A DNA stretch of 27,634 nt. Origin: Fibrobacterota bacterium. GTDB lineage: Bacteria > Fibrobacterota > Fibrobacteria > UBA11236. Of the stretch, positions 1 to 8,961 are shown one piece after another. Each line of letters starts with the position of its first letter. Within the stretch, counting starts at the first letter, position 1. The notes beneath the pieces were generated by a model. The model was not told the DNA's origin and did no database searches. It was given only the letters and a program-made list of their open reading frames with translations. Made by a program: the position numbers and the translations under genes. The stretch lies in assembly GCA_043753995.1 (NCBI GenBank), contig JAYUVP010000301.1:1-27634 (forward strand). The letters are read 5' to 3'.

Positions 1-1612
1 GGGTCATCTTGCGTCCGGCAGGGTCGCACTCGGTCACCACGGCAGGCATGGTGTCGCCGGGCTTGAAGGAGTCGGCAGGATGCTTGATGTTTTCGGTGGT
101 GAGCTTGGATGAGGGAATAAAGGCTTCGAGGCCATTGGGCATTTCGGCGATGACGCCGCGATCCAATAGACGCAAAACGGTGGCCTGAACTTCCTTGCCA
201 ACCGGATATTCGGTTTTGGCATTGTCCCAAGGATCATCTTCATTGTGCTTCATCGACAGGGAAATGCGGCGCTTTTCCTTATCAATGGCGAGCACGATGG
301 CCTCGACCTTGTCGCCCTTCTTCACGACTTCAGAAGGGTGATTGATTTTCTTAGTCCAAGACATGTCGCTGACATGAATCAGGCCGTCCACACCTTCCTT
401 GATTTCAATGAAAGCGCCGAAAGCCGCGAGATTGCGGATTTCACCGGTGACCTTGGAGCCGACCGGCAATTCGTTTTCAATGCTCGACCAAGGATCGGGC
501 TGGATTTGCTTGAGACCGAGCGAAATCTTCTCATTCTCGGGATCGAGCTTGAGAACCACGGCTTCGATTTCCTGGCCAACGGACAGCATCTGAGAAGGAT
601 GCTTGATATGCTGGGTCCAGGACATTTCGGAGATATGAATGAGGCCTTCGACGCCTTGAGCGATTTCGACGAAAACGCCGTAATCGGTGATGGATACCAC
701 GCGGCCCTTGATGCGGGTGCCCTCGGGGTATTTGGCGGCGACATCTTCCCAAGGATGCTTGGTCAGCTGCTTCATGCCGAGCGAAATGCGCTCTTTCTTG
801 TCATTAAAGTCGAGCACAACGACCTTGACGCGATCGCCAAGCTTCACGGCTTCGCTAGGATGCGTGACGCGTCCCCAGCTCATATCGGTGATATGCAACA
901 AGCCGTCCACGCCGCCGAGGTCGATGAAGGCACCGAAGTCGGTGATATTCTTGACCACGCCTTCGCGTACTTGACCCTTCTCGAGGGTGTCGATGATTTC
1001 GTCGCGCATCTTGGAGCGCTCTTGTTCGAGCACCACGCGGCGGGAAACCACGATATTGCGACGGACCTTATTGACCTTGATGACCTTGAAGTCCATTTTC
1101 TGGTTCAACAGGGCGTCGAGATCGGGAACTTGGCGCAAATCGATTTGCGAGCCAGGCAAAAAGGCTTCGATGCCGAACAAGTCGACCACCACGCCACCCT
1201 TGATGCGGCGGGTAATGGTGCCTTGCACGATTTCTTCCTTCTCAAAAGCTTCGCGAATGCGCTCCCAGACCTTCATGAAGTCGGCGCGCTGCTTCGAAAG
1301 AATGATTTGTCCGTCTTGATTCTCGACTTGATCGAGATAGACGTCGATGACCGTGCCCGGCTTCAACTCATCCATGTCCTTGAATTCAGCGCGAGAAATC
1401 ACGCCCTCGGACTTGAAATTGATGTCGATAAAGGCTTCTTCGTCGGTGACGCGAACGACAACACCTTTAACGATGGAGCCCTCGGCATAGCCGCGCATGG
1501 TGGCTTCGTATTGAGCCATGACGCCGGTATCGAGGCGGCTGAAGGAGCTTTTGCCGCCTTCTTCGTAGAAATCCTTGAGGTCTTCTTCAGACCCGTAAAT
1601 CATTTTAGACAT
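1..1612 (-). CDS. rpsA: 30S ribosomal protein S1 (3' end runs off window)
   Basis: Absent from the ORF track because there is no stop in the window. Manual translation from ATG 1612 gives [20 protein letters not shown]...[12 protein letters not shown]...[10 protein letters not shown]...[30 protein letters not shown]...[13 protein letters not shown]...[15 protein letters not shown], i.e. tandem S1 repeats. It lies downstream of cmk, a conserved synteny. Confidence 0.98.
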   Translation of the reverse strand, partial: MSKMIYGSEEDLKDFYEEGGKSSFSRLDTGVMAQYEATMRGYAEGSIVKGVVVRVTDEEAFIDINFKSEGVISRAEFKDMDELKPGTVIDVYLDQVENQDGQIILSKQRADFMKVWERIREAFEKEEIVQGTITRRIKGGVVVDLFGIEAFLPGSQIDLRQVPDLDALLNQKMDFKVIKVNKVRRNIVVSRRVVLEQERSKMRDEIIDTLEKGQVREGVVKNITDFGAFIDLGGVDGLLHITDMSWGRVTHPSEAVKLGDRVKVVVLDFNDKKERISLGMKQLTKHPWEDVAAKYPEGTRIKGRVVSITDYGVFVEIAQGVEGLIHISEMSWTQHIKHPSQMLSVGQEIEAVVLKLDPENEKISLGLKQIQPDPWSSIENELPVGSKVTGEIRNLAAFGAFIEIKEGVDGLIHVSDMSWTKKINHPSEVVKKGDKVEAIVLAIDKEKRRISLSMKHNEDDPWDNAKTEYPVGKEVQATVLRLLDRGVIAEMPNGLEAFIPSSKLTTENIKHPADSFKPGDTMPAVVTECDPAGRKMT

Positions 1613-1632
1613 GAATGGGGGGTTCTCTCTTC

Positions 1633-1683
1633 ACTTCGGGTAGGGTTAAGAAGGCGGACATCCGCGATCAGTCAACCCGAAGT
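1633..1683 (-). promoter_or_regulatory. Structured rpsA 5' leader (9-bp inverted repeat enclosing a small hairpin)
   Basis: On the + strand, ACTTCGGGT (1633-1641) and ACCCGAAGT (1675-1683) are perfect reverse complements enclosing GCGG-ACAT-CCGC. It lies in the 102-bp cmk-rpsA gap. Function is inferred. Confidence 0.45.
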
Positions 1684-1714
1684 CGAAGATTCAGCAATAA
1701 GACGCAAACGGCCG

Positions 1715-2386
1715 TCAGGAAATGACTTGCTGAACCAGGTCGGCAATCTTAGCAACTTGTGCGTCGAAAGTCAGGTCTGAGGTATCGATTTCAACCGCAT
1801 CGGTAGCCTTCATCAATGGGCTAAGGACACGCTTGGTGTCTTTGCCGTCACGTTCTTCCAAATTGCGTAAAATCTCGTTGAAATCGGATTTCAGGCCCAT
1901 GGCCAACATTTCCCCATGGCGACGCTTGGCGCGCACTTCCGGGCTGGCGGTCATGTAAAACTTGAATTTCGCTTGGGGGAAAACCACGGTGCCGATATCG
2001 CGACCTTCCACAACACAGGAGCGTAAAGTGCCCAAAAAGCGCTGAGCCGCCACCAAGGCCTCTCGAACGGCAGGGATTTGGCAATAATCGGAAACCTTAG
2101 ATGAAACTTCGGCCGAACGTATTTCAGGGCCAGGTACATGGCCATTCACAATGAGATGGTCATGACTATCGAAGCCGAATTTTAGACCACGCGCGACTTC
2201 GGCGACGGCGTCGGCTTGATCGGGTCGCAAGCCCGCTTGCAAAGCGGCCCAGGTCACGGAGCGATACATAGCCCCGGTATCGAGGTGCAATATGCCCAAA
2301 ACACGGGCGACCTGGCGGGCCGTGGAGCTTTTGCCCGATCCGCTGATTCCATCGAGAGCGACGACATAGGTAGGCTTTACTTGCAT
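1715..2386 (-). CDS. cmk: Cytidylate kinase
   Basis: Motifs ALDGISGSGKSS (P-loop), LDTGAMYR, VVEGRDIGTVVFP, TASPEVRAKRR and IDTSDL. ATG 2386 is preferred over TTG 2398. Confidence 0.97.
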   Translation of the reverse strand: MQVKPTYVVALDGISGSGKSSTARQVARVLGILHLDTGAMYRSVTWAALQAGLRPDQADAVAEVARGLKFGFDSHDHLIVNGHVPGPEIRSAEVSSKVSDYCQIPAVREALVAAQRFLGTLRSCVVEGRDIGTVVFPQAKFKFYMTASPEVRAKRRHGEMLAMGLKSDFNEILRNLEERDGKDTKRVLSPLMKATDAVEIDTSDLTFDAQVAKIADLVQQVIS

Positions 2387-2468
2387 AGCATGCGGCAAGG
2401 TAAGAAAGCCTCAACTCAGGACCCAGGTCTTAAGTCAGCGTGAAACATGGCTTCCCAAGTGAAAGACT

Positions 2469-2477
2469 TGATATAAT
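2469..2477 (+). promoter_or_regulatory. Extended -10 promoter (TGnTATAAT), probably giving a leaderless transcript
   Basis: TGA-TATAAT at 2469-2477 is a perfect consensus, 5 nt before GTG 2483. No Shine-Dalgarno is present. Confidence 0.7.
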
Positions 2478-2482
2478 CGTGC

Positions 2483-3238
2483 GTGCCCTTGCGTTTTTGG
2501 AGCCCAGCCCGTTTCCTTTGCTTAGCGGCCTTACCGTGGGCTTGCTCACCAAGTACGGAACCCCCTCAACAGCTTAATCCTGTAACCATTCGGGCTTTGC
2601 AATTGGTTTTGCTGGACCCCGCCCTAGGCACGCGCGGTGTGGCCTTGGAATTCACCGCCGAAGACTCGGGCCTTGTGACGTCTTTCGATGTGTATCGGAG
2701 CTTGCATCCCGATTCGCTCGGCTCGCCTGCCCTTGCCAATTTGGATCCAAAGCTGAATCGAGTCCTTTTATCGGTTCCCGACACTAACCCGCCTTATACC
2801 CTCTATTTCGGCGTCCGAGCGGTGAAGCGCCTGGAAACTGGGGAAAAACTTTTCAGTGACAGCATACCCATAGACTCGTTAGAAGTCTTGCCCCCTGTCC
2901 GCGTTTATCGCCCCGCTAATAATGAAAACCTTCTCGGCATTCGCTTGCCGGTGGAAGTCGGTGTCGGTAGCGATCAGGGCATTTTATTGCGCCAATCCTG
3001 GTGGGAGAAAATCGACACGGGTTGGGTGATGCGCCTGGACACTTGCCTTCCACTCGAAGATTGCCAGACACCGCTTTTCGGCAATGTCATACAAAGAGAT
3101 TCGGTGACGCTTTCGCATAGAGGTGGAGCTTCGATTCCTACCCTTTTTTGTGTGCTAGGTTCCGAGGTTTTCGATGGTCGCTCGACGGCCCAAAAGCAGT
3201 CTTTGTCTTGCACGCGTTTTCTTAGGCAAGCGCAATGA
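2483..3238 (+). CDS. Putative lipoprotein with FN3-like domain, function unknown
   Basis: Signal peptide with lipobox-like LPWA-C21. FN3-like pattern FDVYRS...DT...LYFGVRAV. Four Cys in the C-terminal part. ATGA overlap with the next gene. Confidence 0.65.
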   Translation: MPLRFWSPARFLCLAALPWACSPSTEPPQQLNPVTIRALQLVLLDPALGTRGVALEFTAEDSGLVTSFDVYRSLHPDSLGSPALANLDPKLNRVLLSVPDTNPPYTLYFGVRAVKRLETGEKLFSDSIPIDSLEVLPPVRVYRPANNENLLGIRLPVEVGVGSDQGILLRQSWWEKIDTGWVMRLDTCLPLEDCQTPLFGNVIQRDSVTLSHRGGASIPTLFCVLGSEVFDGRSTAQKQSLSCTRFLRQAQ

Positions 3239-6200
3239 ACGCCAAATGCATTTGGGCTTTATTGCCAAGGAAAGGCTTGGCCATCGGCTATGCGGTGGTC
3301 ATGATTTTGATTCTGACCTCCCAGGTTTGGGCTAGCTGGCATATCGAATTATCCGAGGCCAAGGCGGGCGGGGTGAATTGGCTTTTGCTTTGGAAATCCG
3401 ATATGGGGACGAAGGCAACCAAGCTTTCGCAAGATGCCGTTGTTGCACTGCCATCTTCGGCTGTGGCCGAAATCAAGGTTGAAAATGCCTTGCCCTGGGT
3501 GGGCCTCCAAGCTTTGGAAATCAATGCAGATGCCTGCCAGCCACGCTTGAGCCCGCCCGAGCGACTACGCGATGTTTATGTCGCCACCTTGTCGTGGACG
3601 CCCTGCCAGGAAAAAAACGGCCAGGTCTTACCGCTTCGAGAAGCTCGCCTTCGCCTGATTCAGGCCCCAGGACCCAGGGAAAGTCCAGTTTTAGCGCGGC
3701 CAATCAACGATGCGGCGGAGCAATGGCTGCAAGAAATGTTGATCAATTATCCGGCCTCGCGGCAATTTCGATCTCAACCTCCCATGGCCCTGGCTAAGAA
3801 AAGCCTGGCGGATGGATTTGGGTCCACCTCTTTACCGGCAATTCGGTTGGTGCTATTCACCCACGATGTGGGCATCCATGTCATCGACTATGAAGCCTTG
3901 AAAAAGGCGGGCGTACCGGTCGATAGGTTGGACACACGCTATTTGCGCCTGTGGCGGGATGGCCGGGAAATCCCATGTTTTATATCCGGCGATGAGGATG
4001 GCCGAATCCATCGTGGCGATGAAATCGAATTTCTTGGCGATCGCTCGCATGGTGACAAAACCTTCTATTCGCCCTATTCTCAAGAAAGCGCATTTTACCT
4101 CACCTGGGAGGGAAGCAAGCCGGGCTTGCGGGCGCCTTTGATACCCGTGTCCTCACGCCGTGATGCCAAACCCTCCCCAATGGCATTTCAGGCAAACCAT
4201 CATGCCGAAGAAGATTTGGAAATCTTGCGGGCCTTCAGTACAGCCGAAGAGAATATCACCGACCTCGGCGACCGCGTACAGGCGAATGACTTGGGGGAAT
4301 TCTGGTTTTGGACGCGGCAAGGCCCAGTTAAAGATGTGATGAATGTTTCGTTTCTTTTGCCCTATGCCCCGACGGGAGGCGGCCTTGGGGAAACTCAAGG
4401 CAAGGAAGTGAGGCTGCGCCTCCAATGGAAAGGCATCACCAATGACATCAAGGCCGATCCGGATCATCATTTGCGATTCTTTCTGAATGGCAAGGACATT
4501 TCCCTGGTGGATGGCAAGCAAAACGATGCCATTTGGGAAGGACAGAATGCCTATTTGTGGACTTCGGCCTTGGTCACCACGGGATTTCTGAAGGCTGGCT
4601 GGAATGAATTGACCGTGCAAAAGGTTCATGATTTGCCAACCACCGATGGCAAAACCGTTGAAACCCAGGATGCTTATCTCAATTGGTTGGAAGTGGATTT
4701 TCCCGCGCGCTTTGCAGCCGTCAATGGCCGGGCTCGCTTCGCCAATCGCTTCGCGGATTCCACCGGTTTGCGACATTTTGATGTGGCCGGCTTTCAAAGT
4801 GAAAATATCAGCTTATGGGACAGCCGCGGGCGGAAATTACATGGCTTCACGGTTCGATCCGAATTAAAAAGCATCAGCCTGGGCTTCGACGACTCTTTAG
4901 TGGGCAGGGTTGATTATTTCGCCACCGATCATGCACAACGTGAAAAGCCGCGACTGCGCCTAGATACCCTGCCCGATTTTATCAATCCCAGCCAAGGCGC
5001 GGATTGGATATGCATTACTGAATCGCCGCTGCTGGGGCGCGGCCTGGATAGTTTGGTTAAGCACCGTCAGTCACAAGGCCTGCGTACAGCCGTGGTGCAA
5101 GCTCGTCATCTCTATCAAGCCTTCGGCAATGGGGTATGCGATCCCGAGGCCTTGCGTCGCTTTTTGAATTATGCCTATGCAAAATGGCCGCGACCCGCTC
5201 CCACCTATGTCTTGCTATTAGGTGAGACCTCCTTGGGATTTGACAAAATGGGCCTAGCCGGCAAACCCAATCTGGTACCGACAAACTTGATTGATATTCA
5301 TGGCTGGGGTGTCGCCGCCAATGACGACTATTTCGGAAAGGTCACGGGCAGCGATGAAATTCCCGACTTATTGGTGGGCCGCATCCCCGCGCCGGATCAA
5401 GCCACAGTTTCCCATGTCGTCGCTAAAATCATTCGCCAGGAACATGAACGCTTAGCAGGAGCATGGAGCAACGAAGCACTCATGATTGGCGGGTATGAGG
5501 CGGGCTTTACGGAAGGCAATGCACGATTTCAAAAACGCGCCTTGGAATTGGGCCGACACACCGGCCGCATCGATTTATTCCCCAAGTCGACCTATTACCA
5601 AGCGCCGTCGGAGAGGCGAGACTTTTATCGCCGACTCGATTCGGGCTTGGCCTTCGTTCAATTCTTCGGGCATGGCGGGGGATCGGTGTGGTCGGATGCA
5701 GGCATTCTAACCTTGCAGGCCCTCGACAAGGACAGTTTGCGCGGCGATTGGGCCTTGCCCTTGATTTCATCCATCACATGCTTGACCGGCTATTTCGAAG
5801 ACCCTTATGAAAGATCGCTGGGCGAGGAAATGCTGCGCCGACCCCGCAATGGCGCCGCGGCATTTTATGGTTCGTCGGGTTATATCAGCACCGCAGCCGG
5901 CCAAATTTTAGGCGATGAAATGGTTTCTGCCGCCTTGCATGGGGGCCCCACCACGGTCGGTGCCTTAGTGCATGAGGCGGAAATGCGCGTGCGCCAAAAA
6001 ACCGGCTCGCAGTTTTTGCCCATACTCGCCGAATTCAATTTGCTCGGGGATCCCGCCATGAAATATGGCTTGCCATTGGCACGGGAGGGCCTGGAAATCA
6101 AGCCGCGCTTTGTGACGAGCCGAGGAGAAATGCGCGTCGAAGGACAAACCCAGGTCATTGCCAATGGCCAAGCGGTTTTACAAGTGGCGCAAGCCGATTC

Positions 6201-8049
6201 TGTGATCACCCGAATAGCGGGACGCGTTGAAAACAAGACCTGGAATCAAAACGTGAACGTCCCCGCGCCCGAGCGGCCCGCTCGCGGCTTGGCCAGCCTA
6301 CATGTGTTTTCCGATACACTCAATGAGGTATTGCTCGGAAATTATGCTGCCGCAGACTGGTTAGTCGATTCCATAGAAATGATTCCCGCCGATGCGGGCT
6401 ATGGCGACAGCGTGCGCCTGCGCATTTCTCTGGCCACAAAGTATGACAGCGTCCGATTGGAACAGGGCATTGCTTTTTTTGCCTTGGGCGCCGAATCGGC
6501 ACCTCCCTTTTTGGATGGCAATCAACGATTACTGACAAGCGAGGAGGGTCGACATTTTTCAACGGCATCGGCCTTTGTCATTCCCACTCCCTCGGCGGGT
6601 GGAACGGCCTGGCCCAATCTTTTCGTGAAATTGCGCTTGGGATTAAGCGTGAAACCGGATGGGGATCCCACTCTCAGCATAGATGAAACCACGCCGCATG
6701 CCTTTGCCCTCAAGCCCAGGCCTCGCCTAAGCCTAAGTCCGCAGGCCTTGCGCCTTCCCTATCAAGACAGCTTAGGCCTTTGGATTCGCTTTCACAATGT
6801 CGGACCTGGAGTCGCAAAACGAGCGACGCTACTCGTCACTTTGCAGGCACCGGATTCGGCGATGCGTTTCACTCACGATTATTCTGGCAATTTGGAATTC
6901 GGCCATGCCGATTCGGTTTTTATTCCCTTGCCCGATTCCGCCTTGGCCTATCCCCTGCATGTCGATTTGACGCCGGAACATGCCGCTGACGCCCTGCCTC
7001 AAGCATTATCTGCGGACACGAATTTTCAATTACAGACCCGCATTCTGAGACCTGGCCAAGACAGTATGGGCTGGCAGGGAAATCCAGCCCGCATCGTGCG
7101 GCAAAAAGGAGAAAATTCTGCTTATCGGATATTTGCAAAGCTCGTTACCCTACCCGCTTTGCCAACGCATCTATCTGCAATAGACAATTCGGCACAGGCC
7201 ATTCAATTGGCGATTTCGGAAGAAGGAAAAAAGTTTTCGGCTCCACTCCTTTTGCATGAGACGAAAGAAGCCGCCAAGATTTCTGCATCATCGGCCGAGG
7301 GCTTGCCTCAAACCCAATGGCATGTTTTGCTTGGCGAGACGAGCCCATGGTTGCGGCTGGACAGCGCGGGTGAAAATAGGGCGACCTCGGTGGGTGCTGG
7401 GCTCTATGCCTTCTTAACCAATCGCGATGTCGTGCCTCCGGTGATTTCCCTGCAAAGCCGTGGGCAAACTTTGTGGCCTGATGATTATGTGCCGCAACGT
7501 ACCCCGATTGACATTCTCCTCGAAGACGGACAAGGTATTGACTTGGTGCTTTCTCCTCCGGTATTAAAAAGCCGAGGACAGGTCGTGGATTCCAGTCATT
7601 TGGCCAGGGATCAGGGTCCGGCTTCGCCCACCCTGGCTCGATTGCGCTTCACCCCTCTGGCCGGAGGAGGCGAGGACACTCTGGAAATCACGGCCTCGGA
7701 TGTCTCGGGAAATCGGTTGCAGCGCCGCTTCGCCTATCGCATGGGCGATGCCTTGGCCATTCGCAATTTGGGGAGCTATCCCAATCCCTTTGCCGACACG
7801 GCTATTTTCGCCTATACCCTGACGGATTATTGCGACGAGGTCAGCCTTACCGTGTATTCGCGAGCTGGGCGGGTGGTTCGCAAGCTGAATGACCACCGCT
7901 CCGTCGGCTATCGCGAAGTCGTTTGGGATGGACGCACCGATGCGGGCCTAGGCATTGCCAATGGGCTTTATTTTCTGAAAGTGACGGCCAATAGCGGGAA
8001 GCGGTCCAGCACAGCCATCTTCAAGCTTTTCAAGAAGAGACGCCTTTGA
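3235..8049 (+). CDS. Peptidase C25 family (gingipain/PorU-like) cysteine protease with CARDB-like region and T9SS-type/FlgD-Ig C-terminal domain
   Basis: Signal peptide (VWA-S). C25 motifs PTYVLLLGE, DDYF...PDLLVGRIP, FFGHG (His813), SITC (Cys849) and FNLLGDPA. C-terminus SYPNPF...VYSRAGRVVRKL...WDGRTDAG..IANGLYFLKV. Confidence 0.9.
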   Translation: MNAKCIWALLPRKGLAIGYAVVMILILTSQVWASWHIELSEAKAGGVNWLLLWKSDMGTKATKLSQDAVVALPSSAVAEIKVENALPWVGLQALEINADACQPRLSPPERLRDVYVATLSWTPCQEKNGQVLPLREARLRLIQAPGPRESPVLARPINDAAEQWLQEMLINYPASRQFRSQPPMALAKKSLADGFGSTSLPAIRLVLFTHDVGIHVIDYEALKKAGVPVDRLDTRYLRLWRDGREIPCFISGDEDGRIHRGDEIEFLGDRSHGDKTFYSPYSQESAFYLTWEGSKPGLRAPLIPVSSRRDAKPSPMAFQANHHAEEDLEILRAFSTAEENITDLGDRVQANDLGEFWFWTRQGPVKDVMNVSFLLPYAPTGGGLGETQGKEVRLRLQWKGITNDIKADPDHHLRFFLNGKDISLVDGKQNDAIWEGQNAYLWTSALVTTGFLKAGWNELTVQKVHDLPTTDGKTVETQDAYLNWLEVDFPARFAAVNGRARFANRFADSTGLRHFDVAGFQSENISLWDSRGRKLHGFTVRSELKSISLGFDDSLVGRVDYFATDHAQREKPRLRLDTLPDFINPSQGADWICITESPLLGRGLDSLVKHRQSQGLRTAVVQARHLYQAFGNGVCDPEALRRFLNYAYAKWPRPAPTYVLLLGETSLGFDKMGLAGKPNLVPTNLIDIHGWGVAANDDYFGKVTGSDEIPDLLVGRIPAPDQATVSHVVAKIIRQEHERLAGAWSNEALMIGGYEAGFTEGNARFQKRALELGRHTGRIDLFPKSTYYQAPSERRDFYRRLDSGLAFVQFFGHGGGSVWSDAGILTLQALDKDSLRGDWALPLISSITCLTGYFEDPYERSLGEEMLRRPRNGAAAFYGSSGYISTAAGQILGDEMVSAALHGGPTTVGALVHEAEMRVRQKTGSQFLPILAEFNLLGDPAMKYGLPLAREGLEIKPRFVTSRGEMRVEGQTQVIANGQAVLQVAQADSVITRIAGRVENKTWNQNVNVPAPERPARGLASLHVFSDTLNEVLLGNYAAADWLVDSIEMIPADAGYGDSVRLRISLATKYDSVRLEQGIAFFALGAESAPPFLDGNQRLLTSEEGRHFSTASAFVIPTPSAGGTAWPNLFVKLRLGLSVKPDGDPTLSIDETTPHAFALKPRPRLSLSPQALRLPYQDSLGLWIRFHNVGPGVAKRATLLVTLQAPDSAMRFTHDYSGNLEFGHADSVFIPLPDSALAYPLHVDLTPEHAADALPQALSADTNFQLQTRILRPGQDSMGWQGNPARIVRQKGENSAYRIFAKLVTLPALPTHLSAIDNSAQAIQLAISEEGKKFSAPLLLHETKEAAKISASSAEGLPQTQWHVLLGETSPWLRLDSAGENRATSVGAGLYAFLTNRDVVPPVISLQSRGQTLWPDDYVPQRTPIDILLEDGQGIDLVLSPPVLKSRGQVVDSSHLARDQGPASPTLARLRFTPLAGGGEDTLEITASDVSGNRLQRRFAYRMGDALAIRNLGSYPNPFADTAIFAYTLTDYCDEVSLTVYSRAGRVVRKLNDHRSVGYREVVWDGRTDAGLGIANGLYFLKVTANSGKRSSTAIFKLFKKRRL

Positions 8050-8088
8050 AATAGACGGGCGGCAAGGGTGGTCTATCTTTCCCACCCT

Positions 8089-8961
8089 ATGTCCCAAGCT
8101 CCCGATTCGCACGAATTGCCTGATTTACCTGAAAACCCAGACGAAAATCCCGGTGAAGAAAATTCGCTCGAGGATGTCCCCGCGACGGAATCGGCTGAGG
8201 AGCAAGGTGAAAAAGAGCCCTTGGCTCCGGGGCTTTATCTGGTCCCTACGCCGATTGGCAATCTTGAGGACATCACCTTGCGGGCCCTACGCGTTTTGCG
8301 ATCGGCCGATGTGATTTTAGCCGAAGACACGCGGCGCACGCGCATTTTGCTCGACCGCTACAATATTCGGAAACCCTGTGAACCTTATCACGATTTCAAT
8401 AAGGAAAAGGTCCAAGGCCGCTATCTGGAAAGGCTGAAGCAAGATCATACTCTGGCCCTAGTGAGCGATGCAGGCACACCAGGCATTGCCGATCCAGCTT
8501 TCAATTTGGTGCGGGCCGCCTTGGCAGAAAAACTCCCCGTGCATGCCCTACCAGGGCCAGTAGCTTTGATCACGGCTCTCATCGGGTCCGGGCTGCCCAC
8601 GGATCGGTTTTTCTTCGATTATTTTCCGCCCAAAAAATCGGCGCAGCGCATACACCGCTTCGAGAGCTTGCGCGATCGCTTCGCTTCCGACCGCAATGCC
8701 CCGACTCTGGTCTATTATGTGTCGCCTTATCAAATCGAATCGGTGACGAACGAATTAGCCCAGGTTTTCGGTGCGGATTTGCAAATCGCCATTGGCCGCG
8801 AATTGACCAAAAAATTCGAGGAGTTTTTGCGCGGGCCGGCCGGAGAAATCGCCAAACGCATTGCCAAGCGCCCGTTGAAAGGCGAAATGGTTTTGATTTT
8901 CCACCCGGGTAACAAGGGGGGTACCTCCTTCACCGGGCTAGAAGAAACAGAAGAAGACTGA
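8089..8961 (+). CDS. rsmI: 16S rRNA (cytidine1402-2'-O)-methyltransferase
   Basis: Motifs LYLVPTPIGNLEDITLRAL, AEDTRRT, ALVSDAGTPGIADP, RELTKKFEE and KGEMVL. ATG 8089 is preferred over GTG 8068. Confidence 0.96.
   Translation: MSQAPDSHELPDLPENPDENPGEENSLEDVPATESAEEQGEKEPLAPGLYLVPTPIGNLEDITLRALRVLRSADVILAEDTRRTRILLDRYNIRKPCEPYHDFNKEKVQGRYLERLKQDHTLALVSDAGTPGIADPAFNLVRAALAEKLPVHALPGPVALITALIGSGLPTDRFFFDYFPPKKSAQRIHRFESLRDRFASDRNAPTLVYYVSPYQIESVTNELAQVFGADLQIAIGRELTKKFEEFLRGPAGEIAKRIAKRPLKGEMVLIFHPGNKGGTSFTGLEETEED

Noticed and set aside
245..1780. 511-aa plus-strand ORF
   Set aside because: It is the codon-aligned antisense shadow of rpsA, expected from biased codon usage in a highly expressed gene, and has no recognisable protein motifs.
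2456..2470. CAAGT-gaaag-ACTTG mini inverted repeat next to the extended -10
   Set aside because: 5-bp arms are within chance expectation and there is no other support.
4153..4797. 214-aa antisense ORF, and similar ones such as 12225-12911, 16743-17411 and 23656-24306
   Set aside because: They overlap well-supported genes, show no motifs, and are expected by chance at this GC content.
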